Below the pieces are notes generated by a model that saw only the letters and a list, made by a program, of their open reading frames with translations, had not been told where the DNA came from and searched no databases. 64,000 nucleotides of DNA from Rhynchopus sp. YZ270_cl-10 (Eukaryota), in the NCBI GenBank assembly GCA_964035575.1, contig OZ037834.1, positions 744,001 through 808,000 of the forward strand, given 5' to 3'. Made by a program: the position numbers and the translations under genes. Positions 23,600 to 34,420 of this stretch are shown here, one piece after another. Positions within the stretch are counted from its first letter, which is position 1. Every line of letters starts with the position of its first letter.

Positions 23600-25993
23600 A
23601 TGGTTGTCGTAAATGGCACGTCTCCCACCACACCACCGATGGCTGAGTGTGGCAGGGTTGGATGCACGTCGCCTGCAGAGCTGCAGTGTGGGTACTGCAA
23701 CGAGATGTACTTCTGCAGCAAGGATGACTGCTTCGACTTGCTGCACCGTGAACCCGACCGTGCCGTGCACCGCAAGTCTGTCAGTGCGTATGGGACAACA
23801 TCGATGTGTGCCCTGCATCGGGGCCAAGAGCTGCGCCTCATCTGTGAAGACCCTGCATGTGGAAAAGCCTTGCTCTGCACGTCCTGCGTCACGACGGAAC
23901 ACGTGGGACACACCACAACCGACATCCCGCAGTACATGGAGCGTGTGCGCGGAACCCTCTGCACACATGAGGCAGATCTGAGGAAGCGACGCACTGCTGC
24001 AGAGGAGGAGTGCCGTGTGCTTGAGGGATTGGGTGTCAGGTGCAAAGACCATCTGCAGCAGACAGAGCGCGGGTACCTCTTTATGGCGGAGGGCTGGACA
24101 CGCAGCCACATTGAGAGCGAGGAGGAGGTGTCGAGGAAGCTCCACACACAGCTGTACAGTATTGCAGGTGACGTGTCTGCACTGAAGGCGTTCAGCGCAC
24201 ATGCGGACGACGTGGTTGCTACGTGCAAGGATGTGTGCCAGCTTGGGCCTGATGTCGCACAGCGCATGATCACACAGTCGCAGGAGATCATGCACACCAT
24301 AGCAAGCATCCCACCGAACATGAACCGCCACCGCCTTGTGGGTGTTGTCTCCCCACACGCAGAGCTTTCCGTGACACTGCCTGAGTGTGTTGCAAGCCTG
24401 CACGACGACCTTGCCCAGAGTTTGCGAGTTGGTGTGTCTCTGCCTGTGGAGTGCTTTGATGGCGAGATGCACAAGGTTGAGGTGGGTGAGGAGGACACAG
24501 CCGCAGACTTGCATCGGAAGGTGGTGTCTGCAGTGGGGTTGCCTGAAGAGGTGGTGCACGTGAACTACAAGGGCGAAGCGATTGTGGAGGGAGAGGAGAG
24601 GCGTGCAGACAGGATCGTGGTGACGAAGACAACGAAGTACGAAGCCACCACCGCGCTGGAGGCATTGGGTGTGCCAGCGCACGCAGAGTCGCTGCAGCGT
24701 GTGGACGATGCAAAGGTGGCCTGCTTGCTTCTGCAGGCGGAGGTTGCGACTGCAATTCCCGACAGGTTCCTGTCCGGTGCAATATTCACAACACTCGACC
24801 TGACCGGCACGGACTTGAGCTTTGTTACGACTGTTGGTGAGAGCTTTCTTCGCAGCTGTCCGAACCTGACAACAGCCAACATCTCAGGCTTGACTGGCGT
24901 GACTGCGATTGGGACGCACTTCCTGAGTGGGTGCCCGTCTCTGACAGAGCTTGTCGCTGACTTGAGCCATGTGACCGCCATACCAGACTTCTTTCTCCAC
25001 CAGTGCACGGCACTGACGAACGTCGACGTCACCAGTTGGAACAGCGTGACCTCGATTGGGAACAGCTTCTGTCGCAGGTGCGCATCGTTGGAAAGCTTCG
25101 ACCTGACTGGGTTCGTGAATGTCACTGCCATTCAGTATGGTTTCCTGCAGGAGTGTATGTCGCTGAGACGCCTCGACCTCTCTTGCATGAGCCGTCTCGC
25201 CGAGGTTGGTGACGGCTTTCTGAAGGACTGCCGGACACTGACAGACGTGGACGTGTCTGGTCTGCCCAGTCTGGGTGTGATCGGGAACAGCTTCCTCGAT
25301 GGCTGTTCGGCACTGAAAACACTCAACCTATGTGGCTTCGAAGGTGTGACCGCAATTGGCACTCACTTCGCTTACAATTGCACACTGCTGCAAACAGTGA
25401 GCATTTCAGGCTTGAACAGCGTGGCTGCGATTGGGAAGTACTGCCTTGCCGGGTGCACGATGCTGAAGACACTTACGATCACTGGCTTGACAGCGCTGCC
25501 TCGTATCGAAGACTCCTTCGCTTCAAACTGTGTGTCGTTGACGTCACTGAACATTGCTGGTTTGCGCAGTGTGACCGTTCTTGGGGAAGACTTCCTGTCC
25601 GGGTGCCCGAATTTACGAGGACACGACTTCACTGCCTTGTCAGGCGTCACTGGAAAACTGCCTTCAGGGGTGTGCGTAGTTGGCACCGCTCACTCAGCAG
25701 ATGGATTTGCAACAGAAACACCGTCAGAAGCAGCTTCAGCTTCAGAAGCCGAAGCAGGAGCGACATCGGACGCGGCACGAGAGAGTGGAGCAGCAGCCTG
25801 CAGTGCAGCAACTCTGCCATCTGCAGGAACAGCGACACAGGAAGGAGAAAGTTCATCGACTGTGGATGAAACAGGCGCAGCGCCGACGACCAGCCAGCTA
25901 CCTGTCGAAATAGGGCTCCTTTTTATATTTACCATTTCAGTTTGTGTGTTTTTGTGTGTGTGTTTCTTTCCCTACCCCAAATGGTACGAATGA
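23600..25993 (+). CDS. B-box/coiled-coil/Ubl/LRR protein, copy 3 (797 aa) with stalk and C-terminal TM helix
   Basis: Paralog of copies 1 and 2. In-frame deletion in the Ubl (GEERRADR). Ends IGLLFIFTISVCVFLCVCFFPYPKWYE. Confidence 0.85.
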   Translation: MVVVNGTSPTTPPMAECGRVGCTSPAELQCGYCNEMYFCSKDDCFDLLHREPDRAVHRKSVSAYGTTSMCALHRGQELRLICEDPACGKALLCTSCVTTEHVGHTTTDIPQYMERVRGTLCTHEADLRKRRTAAEEECRVLEGLGVRCKDHLQQTERGYLFMAEGWTRSHIESEEEVSRKLHTQLYSIAGDVSALKAFSAHADDVVATCKDVCQLGPDVAQRMITQSQEIMHTIASIPPNMNRHRLVGVVSPHAELSVTLPECVASLHDDLAQSLRVGVSLPVECFDGEMHKVEVGEEDTAADLHRKVVSAVGLPEEVVHVNYKGEAIVEGEERRADRIVVTKTTKYEATTALEALGVPAHAESLQRVDDAKVACLLLQAEVATAIPDRFLSGAIFTTLDLTGTDLSFVTTVGESFLRSCPNLTTANISGLTGVTAIGTHFLSGCPSLTELVADLSHVTAIPDFFLHQCTALTNVDVTSWNSVTSIGNSFCRRCASLESFDLTGFVNVTAIQYGFLQECMSLRRLDLSCMSRLAEVGDGFLKDCRTLTDVDVSGLPSLGVIGNSFLDGCSALKTLNLCGFEGVTAIGTHFAYNCTLLQTVSISGLNSVAAIGKYCLAGCTMLKTLTITGLTALPRIEDSFASNCVSLTSLNIAGLRSVTVLGEDFLSGCPNLRGHDFTALSGVTGKLPSGVCVVGTAHSADGFATETPSEAASASEAEAGATSDAARESGAAACSAATLPSAGTATQEGESSSTVDETGAAPTTSQLPVEIGLLFIFTISVCVFLCVCFFPYPKWYE

Positions 25994-27069
25994 TTCAAAT
26001 GACACCCCCCTACGGCAACGACCTGTCAGCGACGACCTGCCAATGCCTACCCTCCACGGCACACTATAATCGCGACTTTATGATTTTTTTTTTCCAAATT
26101 TACTCCAGGTAAGATCCTACTCATGTGCCTTCCGGAGGGGGGCTATACTGACAGGTCCCTGACAGGTCCTTGACACAAGGGGAGGTTAGGGGGTCAAAAG
26201 GGGTAAACAAATTGAAAAAAATGAGTTTCTGTTCCTAAGTGCTAAAAAATGCCCAAAACCAGAAAATTCTGTTTTAGCATCCGGGCAGTTCCACTGTTTC
26301 GAAATTTTTATTTATTTTGTTTTCGTTTTTTTGTTTTGTTTTTTGTATTGTAAGTTACCTTCGTCTGTGGGACATTTTCGAAAGTGAGACGTAGACCCCG
26401 AAAAATGGATTGTATTTATTTTTTACAACAGAATTCCACCTGATTTTTACCTCGCGAATAGGACCGTACAGGCTCCCAAGACGCGTCTATCCGAGGGGTA
26501 AAAATCAGGTGGAGAATAGCAAAAAAGGAACGAACGCGGTTTTATTTTGTATTAACGTTTAGGCAAGGGATACATACGGCCAAGAAGACACCCCCTTTTC
26601 TTTGGACGGTGGAGACCTTAGTATTCCCCCTTATTTTGACAAGTGCGCACACAGGGATATTGCTAACTATCGACCCCTTTAAACCTCGTGAGACGCTTTT
26701 TTTTTTTTTTTTTTAACTGTCAGCCCATATAATCCGTACCAACGAGGATAATGCTAATTTTAAGAGGTAAAAATTACTGGCTGTAACCTCACTAAACTTT
26801 TTGAAGTCAGCCCATGTATGTTCTGCATGCTACACACTTAGGGAAAGGTGTACTGGCTGTGCCCTAACAGACCTTTGTGAAACTTTAGTGACGATGCTAT
26901 ATGCATTATTTGCTAAAGAGGAAAAAAAAAAATAAACGAGTCCACTTTGTTATCATAACCACAACAAACACAAACAAAAAAAGCAAGGGTACTTCTTTAG
27001 CACCCTCTGTACCTTCTTTTCATTAGAAAAAGAATGTATATGAAACAATTTTTTTTTTGTAACCCCCTT

Positions 27070-28638
27070 CATACAAGTATAACGGCCGTCACGACGGGAA
27101 AAAATTTTTTTTGTCGGGGAGGTCACGGCCGTGAAGAAAATCTGAAAAATTTAACGGCCGTGAAATTTTGCATTGATCACGGCCGTGAAATATTTCCACG
27201 CTTTTTGCTTGTTTTTTCTTTTTCGTTCGTAGACAGGGTTTACGGGTTTGCCAACCCCCTTTCCCATCCCTCCCAAGTCATTCTTGGGGGGGTAAAAGCA
27301 ACATAAAAAATGCAAAAAAAAATCGGCCCCACTGCGATCGGGAAGCTGACCACACGAATGAGCACTTATGGTGGTCCTGCCCTGCCTGCGATGCTATACG
27401 CTCAGATCCTAGTTTCCACTTCGTCACAACTGCTGACAGGTCGCCGTGGCCTACTGTGTGTCGAACTGTGGAGTTATCCCTACTGCCCTGATTGACAGTA
27501 TTGATGCTACCTCCAGCGTCTGATGGGGAGCATCCTCATACACCGGTTGTCTCTGAACAACAGCCTCCGTATCAACAATCTGCCACTCACGCCTGGAGAA
27601 CAGCTCAGCTGCAACCTTTGTTCCGCCCCACTATGACTTCGACCGGATTCCACTCTCACAGGAAATGGACTTATCCAAACCATCACCTGTGTGCCCTGCG
27701 CTCCTGGCTCTCCTCACTGCGCTGGTCTCCCGCTGCCCGCCCACGTTTTCACCCTACTGTGAATTGTAGTTGGAGCGTGTGGCATTTCTGAGCACTTGTG
27801 CGTGCTCCCGGTTCTTCAGAGTAGCATATTTCTCGTGTTTCAGCACTTGTAACCGGTTCTTGAGCAAAGTACTCTTCTCATATTTGATGGGCTTTCCGTT
27901 GTGGAGCACACATCAATACTGTGAGACGAACCTCATCTGTGTTGAACCATTTGCGGTGTTCTTCAGCTTCCAGTGCAAAATCTTCCGACAGAATCAGCAC
28001 ACCATTGAACAACTATCCTTCGTCTTTTTTGTCGGAAAATAGACCGCATCACGTTTTGCACACCTCTGGATCTTCTTCGCTACGTTGGCGAGATACGCGC
28101 AGAGGGAGGGGTCCACCCTTTTGCTCCCGTGAACTTGTACTGTTTGCCCGATGTTTTCTTTGGCACAAGAGTGATTGAACGGGGTTGAATTGAACGGGGT
28201 TGAGTGAGTCCACACGCATCCTTCTCGGGCAAAGAGTAATAAGAGGTTATGAGACGCTTGGGACGCTGCGAATTCAGTATGCAGAACTGGAAGGCAGTGT
28301 TGAAACCAGAAGATTACAGATGGTACTGTGTACTGTGTACTGTGTACTGTGTACTGTGTACTGTGTACTGTGTACTGTGTACTGTGTACTGTGTACTGTG
28401 TACTGTGTACTGTGTACTGTGTACTGTGTACTGTGTACTGTGTACTGTGTACTGCGTGTTCCTTCAAAGACCTGTACAAAAATTTCACGGCCGTTGTTTT
28501 TTTTTAACGGCCGTGAAATTTTTGTACATAAGAAAGGCGCTTTTTTTTCACGGCCGTTTTTTTTTATTTTTCACGGCAACGACGGCAGTGGGTCGAGCAT
28601 TTTTTTTTCATTTCCGTGACGTCCGTTTTACTTGTATG
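27070..28638. mobile_element. Nested TIR element, CAT..ATG ends, 6-bp TSD, subterminal ACGGCCGT motifs
   Basis: TIRs CATACAAGTATAACGGCCGTCACG / CGTGACGTCCGTTTTACTTGTATG. TSD CCCCTT on both sides. Confidence 0.85.
28323..28454. repeat. 7-bp tandem repeat (GTACTGT)n, ~19 copies
   Basis: Direct reading. A short related run lies at ~49793-49833. Confidence 0.97.
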
Positions 28639-28921
28639 CCCCTTTCTCAGAAAAATTCCACTCCCCCCTTTTTTTGACCATCGCCCCACGAAATCCCAAA
28701 ATCCCGAAAGTCAGCAATATCCCTGGTGCGCACAGCGTGCTCTACTCTTATAAGGGGTAGACGACGTCAGTGCTATGCACACGCGCCACACACACGCTTT
28801 TTCAAACATTGCTTGTTTTGTTCACCACATCTTCACAATAAAAAGCGGCCTTGCCTCCCCTCTGTTTTCCATCGCGACCCTGTTGTCCCAACACACCACA
28901 CTCTCACAGACAACTTGGAAG

Positions 28922-31327
28922 ATGTCGGGAAAGGGAGTTGCCGTGCCAGAGGAGGTGATTAAATGTTTGGAGTCAAGTGAGAAGCTCAGCAAAGTGGTGC
29001 GTCAATGCAAGGACGAAGGGATTCACCTGGAAGGCTACGACTTTTCCGGTGTGAACAACACAGTGCGAATTGTTCTCACCGGCCCGCAGTCTGCAGGGAA
29101 GTCCTCCTTGCTCGATGCAATGCTTGGCTTTCCATTCTCCCTGATCCTCAGCGGCACAGGCACGCGTCGCCCGATCCACCTCGTGTGCGAAACCAAGCCC
29201 GAGGGCGATGAGGAATTTTCAGTGGGGGGTACGAGTTACGCGTCACGCTCAGAGATGCAGGCGGCGGTGAAGGCTGCGAACGGGTCTGTGTTTTCGGAGG
29301 AGAAGCTCGACGTCCGCATCTGTTCCAAACATGTCCCGAACATTGCGGTGGTCGACCTGCCCGGGTTGAGATCTGTGGGAGAAGCGAATGAATTGGAGCT
29401 GATTAAAAAAATCACGAAAGACCACCTGGCGGAGGAGTCCAACTATATTGTGTGTGTGATTGGCGCACCAAATGATGCAGCTTCGTGGGGAGAATTGAAC
29501 GACACCATGGGTCCGTTCCTCAAGGCCAACGCAGGGTGGGAGAAGCGAGTCATAATCATCGCCAACAGGTTTAACCTGCGGATGAACGAGAACAAGACCC
29601 CGGCTCTGTGGAACGAGTATTTCCAGAATATGCGCAACTCCGGGACGGTGTTCGTGACAACCCTCGGGTACAGCAAGGACAAGTTATCTGAGGAAAGCTG
29701 GCAGGAGGACCTCGGCACTGTGCAGGAGAGGGACTCCAAGTACCTGAAGGATTTCATGGACAGCAACAACCTCTTGCACAACTCCGATTGGGACAAAGCA
29801 AACTGCGAGATGATGGGTTTGGACAGAATTCTCGCCCGGATCAACGACCTGCTAAGGGAGGGAGCGCTCTCGAAGGCTCAGCACAACCTGAGGGATGCGA
29901 ACGAACTGACGAAGGACCTGAAAGCAAGCCAGCAGCGCATCCAGGACCAGCTGGCTGCAAACACGGAGGAGCAGATCATATCTTTGATGGAGAGGTACGC
30001 GAAGGAGCTGGCCACGCACCTTCTTGCACTGCACGACAACAGAAGCATCGATGACAACTCGCGCTACACGAAGAACGAGTTCGCGAGCCCGCCTCGCAAG
30101 AAGTACACCCCGAGCCACCTTCCTGAAAACCTCAAGTGCAGCTTTTGGGATGACATGGAGAAGGTTTCCTGCGACAGCAACATTCTGATTCCACACAAGC
30201 AGGCGGAGAAGAAGATGTCCTCACAAGAGTTGAAGGACAGGCTGAATATGGAGACAGCAGGGAAGGAAAATGCAGAGCGCGTTCTAATCATGGCACAGTG
30301 GTACATTCTGAGCGCGAAAGTGGAGAAAGTGACTCGTGAAGACATCTGGGCGAGCGCAACGAACCAGCAGAGGAGGCCGGACGTGAACAAACTGGTGTGT
30401 AGCGGTGCTCGGAACCGTGTGGCGGAGCTAGGGGATATTGTCATCCCGTGGATGGCAGAGATGCTGCACCAAATGGAGGTGACGTACTACAACTTCGTTG
30501 AGGGGCACCTGCTGTCAGAGGAAGGCAGTTTCGCAAGGATGGCGAACCCAGAAGCCGTGAGTTTCCACGAAGCCCTGAGGGATGCGATTTTCAACACCGT
30601 CTTGAGATCGAAGACAAAATCTTTTGCTGAGCGCTTCGGCAAGGAGGTGAATAACTGTCGCAAGTTCATGTCCCTCAACGCTGTAGAACGGGAGATGCTC
30701 GGCACGTTCATGGGGAACGGAAATAATGCAATCGTCATCCCGCAGGAACCAGCCAAGTATGAGCCGAGTGAGCAATTGCAAGCAGCGTTCAAAGATCCTG
30801 CTACGAAGTTGCAGGCGTCGGGGTCCGCAGTGCAGGCGGAGAAAAAGACTGACTTTGAAAACAACGAACGTCGCGCTGCCGTGCTTTCGCTGTTGCGCGT
30901 TGGGGACTCCAGCCAGAGTATTGTGAGCAAGCAGATCAATGCGGATGACTGGGTGTTGTCGGGGAACTTGAGTGCCATCAACAGAGCTCTGGTCGAAGTG
31001 ACGCCTGATTACGTGGAAAATATGTCCCAGCGACTGTACGAGTCCTCTGCCAGGTACGTGTGCAGTTGGTTGGAGATGGAGTACTTTGCGAATGTGATGC
31101 CACTGTTCACAGAGGATAATGACAACACGATCATAGGTGAGGTGAACAGCGCCGCCACTAAATTTATCCAAGCACATCGTGAACACCTGCTTCCCATGTT
31201 CGGTGTGGACGATGACAAACTGCGCAACCAGCTGGAGCTCCTTGAATCAGCACTGAAGGCTGCCCTGCACCATTCCTCCGTGCAAACTGCCCTGCTAGCT
31301 TCCGCAACGGCACGCAAGGCTCGCTAA
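28922..31327 (+). CDS. Dynamin-related GTPase (DRP5/Dlp-like), copy 1 (801 aa)
   Basis: G1 GPQSAGKSS, followed by LLDAMLGFPF..GTRRP (G2) and VVDLPG (G3). Atypical G4 NRFN. Long helical stalk. The ATG follows a CACAG acceptor-like site. Confidence 0.88.
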   Translation: MSGKGVAVPEEVIKCLESSEKLSKVVRQCKDEGIHLEGYDFSGVNNTVRIVLTGPQSAGKSSLLDAMLGFPFSLILSGTGTRRPIHLVCETKPEGDEEFSVGGTSYASRSEMQAAVKAANGSVFSEEKLDVRICSKHVPNIAVVDLPGLRSVGEANELELIKKITKDHLAEESNYIVCVIGAPNDAASWGELNDTMGPFLKANAGWEKRVIIIANRFNLRMNENKTPALWNEYFQNMRNSGTVFVTTLGYSKDKLSEESWQEDLGTVQERDSKYLKDFMDSNNLLHNSDWDKANCEMMGLDRILARINDLLREGALSKAQHNLRDANELTKDLKASQQRIQDQLAANTEEQIISLMERYAKELATHLLALHDNRSIDDNSRYTKNEFASPPRKKYTPSHLPENLKCSFWDDMEKVSCDSNILIPHKQAEKKMSSQELKDRLNMETAGKENAERVLIMAQWYILSAKVEKVTREDIWASATNQQRRPDVNKLVCSGARNRVAELGDIVIPWMAEMLHQMEVTYYNFVEGHLLSEEGSFARMANPEAVSFHEALRDAIFNTVLRSKTKSFAERFGKEVNNCRKFMSLNAVEREMLGTFMGNGNNAIVIPQEPAKYEPSEQLQAAFKDPATKLQASGSAVQAEKKTDFENNERRAAVLSLLRVGDSSQSIVSKQINADDWVLSGNLSAINRALVEVTPDYVENMSQRLYESSARYVCSWLEMEYFANVMPLFTEDNDNTIIGEVNSAATKFIQAHREHLLPMFGVDDDKLRNQLELLESALKAALHHSSVQTALLASATARKAR

Positions 31328-31522
31328 AATACAGAGGAAATGAAAACATATCTGAGTGTGCCCGAATTTTTGGTGTGAGCGATGTAAACACGACACAACT
31401 TATCCACAGAAAAGTTTATGATTTTGTTCTTGCACACTCCACAAAATCCGGTGCGATCAACGACAATTCTTTTTTTGATTTTGTTTCTTTCTTTATCAGA
31501 CTAGCTTAAACTCAGATAACAG

Positions 31523-31653
31523 TTTCTTTTTCTTTTTCTTTTTCCTTTTCTTTTTCTTTTTCTTTTTCTTTTTCTTTTTCTTTTTCTTTTTCTTTTTCTT
31601 TTTCTTTTTCTTTTTCTTTTTCTTTTTCTTTTTCTTTTTCTTTTTCTTTTTCT
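31523..31653. repeat. (TTTTTC)n polypyrimidine microsatellite
   Basis: Direct reading of the sequence. Confidence 0.95.
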
Positions 31654-33527
31654 TTTTTTTTTTGTGTTATCAAAGCATTGACGTATAGAAATGGAAAACG
31701 ACGGATGGTGCGTACCCGCTTTAGCGTATTGTTTTTCCACTAACACCACTCACATTCATAAGTGAAAAACACAAACCTTTTGCGGTGCGATAAACGAAAA
31801 AGTGTTTTCTTTATTTCATTTAACTGTCATATCCTGAAGTCGTTTTCTATTTATTTATTTTTTACGCGCGTACTAAAAAAAAAATCACGTATCCGCCTGT
31901 ATTTGCGACTCAGGGATTGTGCTTTATTCGAGCCTCTCCCAGGATGCAACATTCCTGGACCATATTCGGATCTGATTCGCTCTATCTGTGCTTATTCCAC
32001 CTGATTTGCAAAAAACGACAAATCCTCCCAACGCCTCCCAACGCCCTCCCAACACCCAGCTAGTTCAGGTGCTTATTTATTGACTGCGACGCGACATCTG
32101 AGGACCCCGCGGTTCATGATGCGACGTTGATCATCATGACTCTGACACCACTGAAGGCTCTTGGGACCTAACGGACAGAGTCTTGTCCGTACCCATTTTC
32201 CCCACGTACCCCCTTGCAAACATGTATGCGTTTCCCTCCCAAGCCTTCGTTCAGTGCATCGTGAGTTATTGCAGTGGCCTACTCTGCCCCGTCCTTGTAA
32301 CTGTATCCCATTTTCCCCCACCGCAACCCTTCGCTGTGTGTTGCACTCACCAGTAACACAAGCTCGACCCTGTCCCACCCCTTGTAACGTCCCTGTAGAG
32401 CTTGTACACATTCTCCCTCTCCCACCCATGTGTTGAGGACAGGGGAGAAGCTCTTAAGGGGCTTGCTGGTTTCAAAACCAGAACACGACTTTTTGCTGGT
32501 TTTTGGGGGGGTGTAAAAATGTGCTATTATAAGCGCATTTTTTTTGAAATGTTGCGCACCGTGGCTTCGCCAAAAAATTTTTGTTCAGCAAAATAGGAGG
32601 AAGTAAAATTTACAGAAACTGACGACAATTACTAACGATATGGTGCCATTTGCCTGATGTCAACATTTTTTAGAAATGTTGCGTGCCGTGGCTTTCGCCT
32701 GAAACCTTTGGGTGACATGCGAGAGGTGCTTCAGCAAACTCACATGCTTGAGGAAGAGACTCTATAACACAGCACTCTGCGATATCGTGCATCTTGCTTA
32801 CTCCAGTTCCCATGGTGTCCAAAAAGGAGTTGCCGTGGACACAATGAGGAGTTGCACAAGCATGGCTATCAATACAACACGCTCAATTTTTTTCTGATTT
32901 TGACGAACACCTCGTAGAAATTCAGGTGGAAAAAAATTTTTGTTTCTCAAACCAGCAAAACCAGCTTTTTTGTTTTTTGGACCCCCTTCAGAGCTTCTCC
33001 CCACAACAAACGAACACCAACAAAGAGACAGAAGTAACTTTTTTTGGTACACTGTTCACGAGAGGGCTTTGTATTTCAACTCTACTTTTTTTTAGGTCCT
33101 GGGCTGGACCTTAAACTGCATCCGTGGGTTCGTTCCTCCAGAAACTCTATGAAGGTGTTGACCGCTCGAACCGATGTCTCCTACCTGAGAGATTACAAAA
33201 CAGGAGGCGAGGAGGGGGTATGCGGGGCGTTTTGCCTTCAGGGTCTTTTTGTTTTTCAGCAACCCTGCCTCTTCTTTAAACTACTAGTGCATAGCCTTTG
33301 TCTTTCTTTTTGGGTATGCGGGACTCTCCCCCTTGTCCTCAGGGTGCTAAACGCCCCTGCCCCTGCCCCTTCCCTATGCAAAGTTGAACCCCTGAAGAAA
33401 ACTCTGTTTTTTAGATAGTGCTTGCCGAATTACTCCCCCTGACTCATTCACTCAGGAACACTAATAATTCGAGCGATCAACGAAAAAATTTCTCTCCTTT
33501 TCTTGTTTTCGTTTCTTTGACTGAATA

Positions 33528-33632
33528 CAGTCCCGGCCGATATCACGGACCGTCGAAATTATGGCCGAACCCAAAATCCGGCCATAATTTCGACATCGCA
33601 ATATTAACCGGCCGTAGTATCGGTCGGGACTG
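33528..33632. mobile_element. Tc1/mariner-type MITE (105 bp), TA TSD
   Basis: TA|CAGTCCCGGCCGATA ... TATCGGTCGGGACTG|TA, with an internal inverted pair TCGAAATTATGGCCG. Confidence 0.8.
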
Positions 33633-34420
33633 TATCTATCTAAACAAGTACGTGTTTTATTTGTTTGGTATTTTTTGTGGTTTTTTTTTGGTGTGTGACC
33701 AGGTGCCCAGACCCACGCAGTGGCACATGACCTCAAGTGTGAGTGACCCACACACGAGGGAGTGACTGTGTACCTGTGTACCTACCAAGTCGCATGACGA
33801 CGGGTACAATAAGTACCAGCCGGATATTGTGGACAAGGAGTCTCGGGAGGAGAGAGGCGAACCCGGCGGAGGGTTGAAGAGATGCCAGTGATGGAGGTTC
33901 CATCACTGCCAGCCTTACATTGTTCTTGATTCGGTTTTTCCACACCTCCACACCACCATCCACCCAGCCACCAACGCCAATAAAAAAAACCCCAAAGTGC
34001 TATTTTGTGCTATTTGGGGTCATCAGCCACACCAGTTTTGTTTTGTTTTTTTGTTTTTTTTTGGGGAGGGGTGAAAGTTTTGTGGTTTTTATGAAAAGGA
34101 TTGTTGGGGCATCCAGGTACAGATTTGACAGACGCAAACCCGCAAGGGGAAGCAACCGGCTGGGATGTCACGAAACTGACAGAACAGCCGGTTTTCGACC
34201 ACTTTTTTTTGTCACTTTTTGACGACTGGTCACAGCGTGCTCTACTCTTATAAGGGGTAGACGGCGTCAGTGCTATGCACACGCGTCACACACACGCTTT
34301 TTCAAACATTGCTTGTTTTGTTCACCACATCTTCACAATAAAAAGCGGCCTTGCCCCCCCTCTGTTTCCATTGCGACCCTGTTGTCCCAACACACCACAC
34401 TCTCACAGACAACTTGGAAG

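Larger units (their letters stand above)
26652..28725. mobile_element. TIR element with CAGGG ends and apparent 9-bp TSD, inserted ~200 bp upstream of dynamin copy 1
   Basis: TIRs CAGGGATATTGCT / AGCAATATCCCTG. GTGCGCACA on both sides (26643-26651, 28726-28734). The leaders of copies 2 and 3 lack it. Confidence 0.75.
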
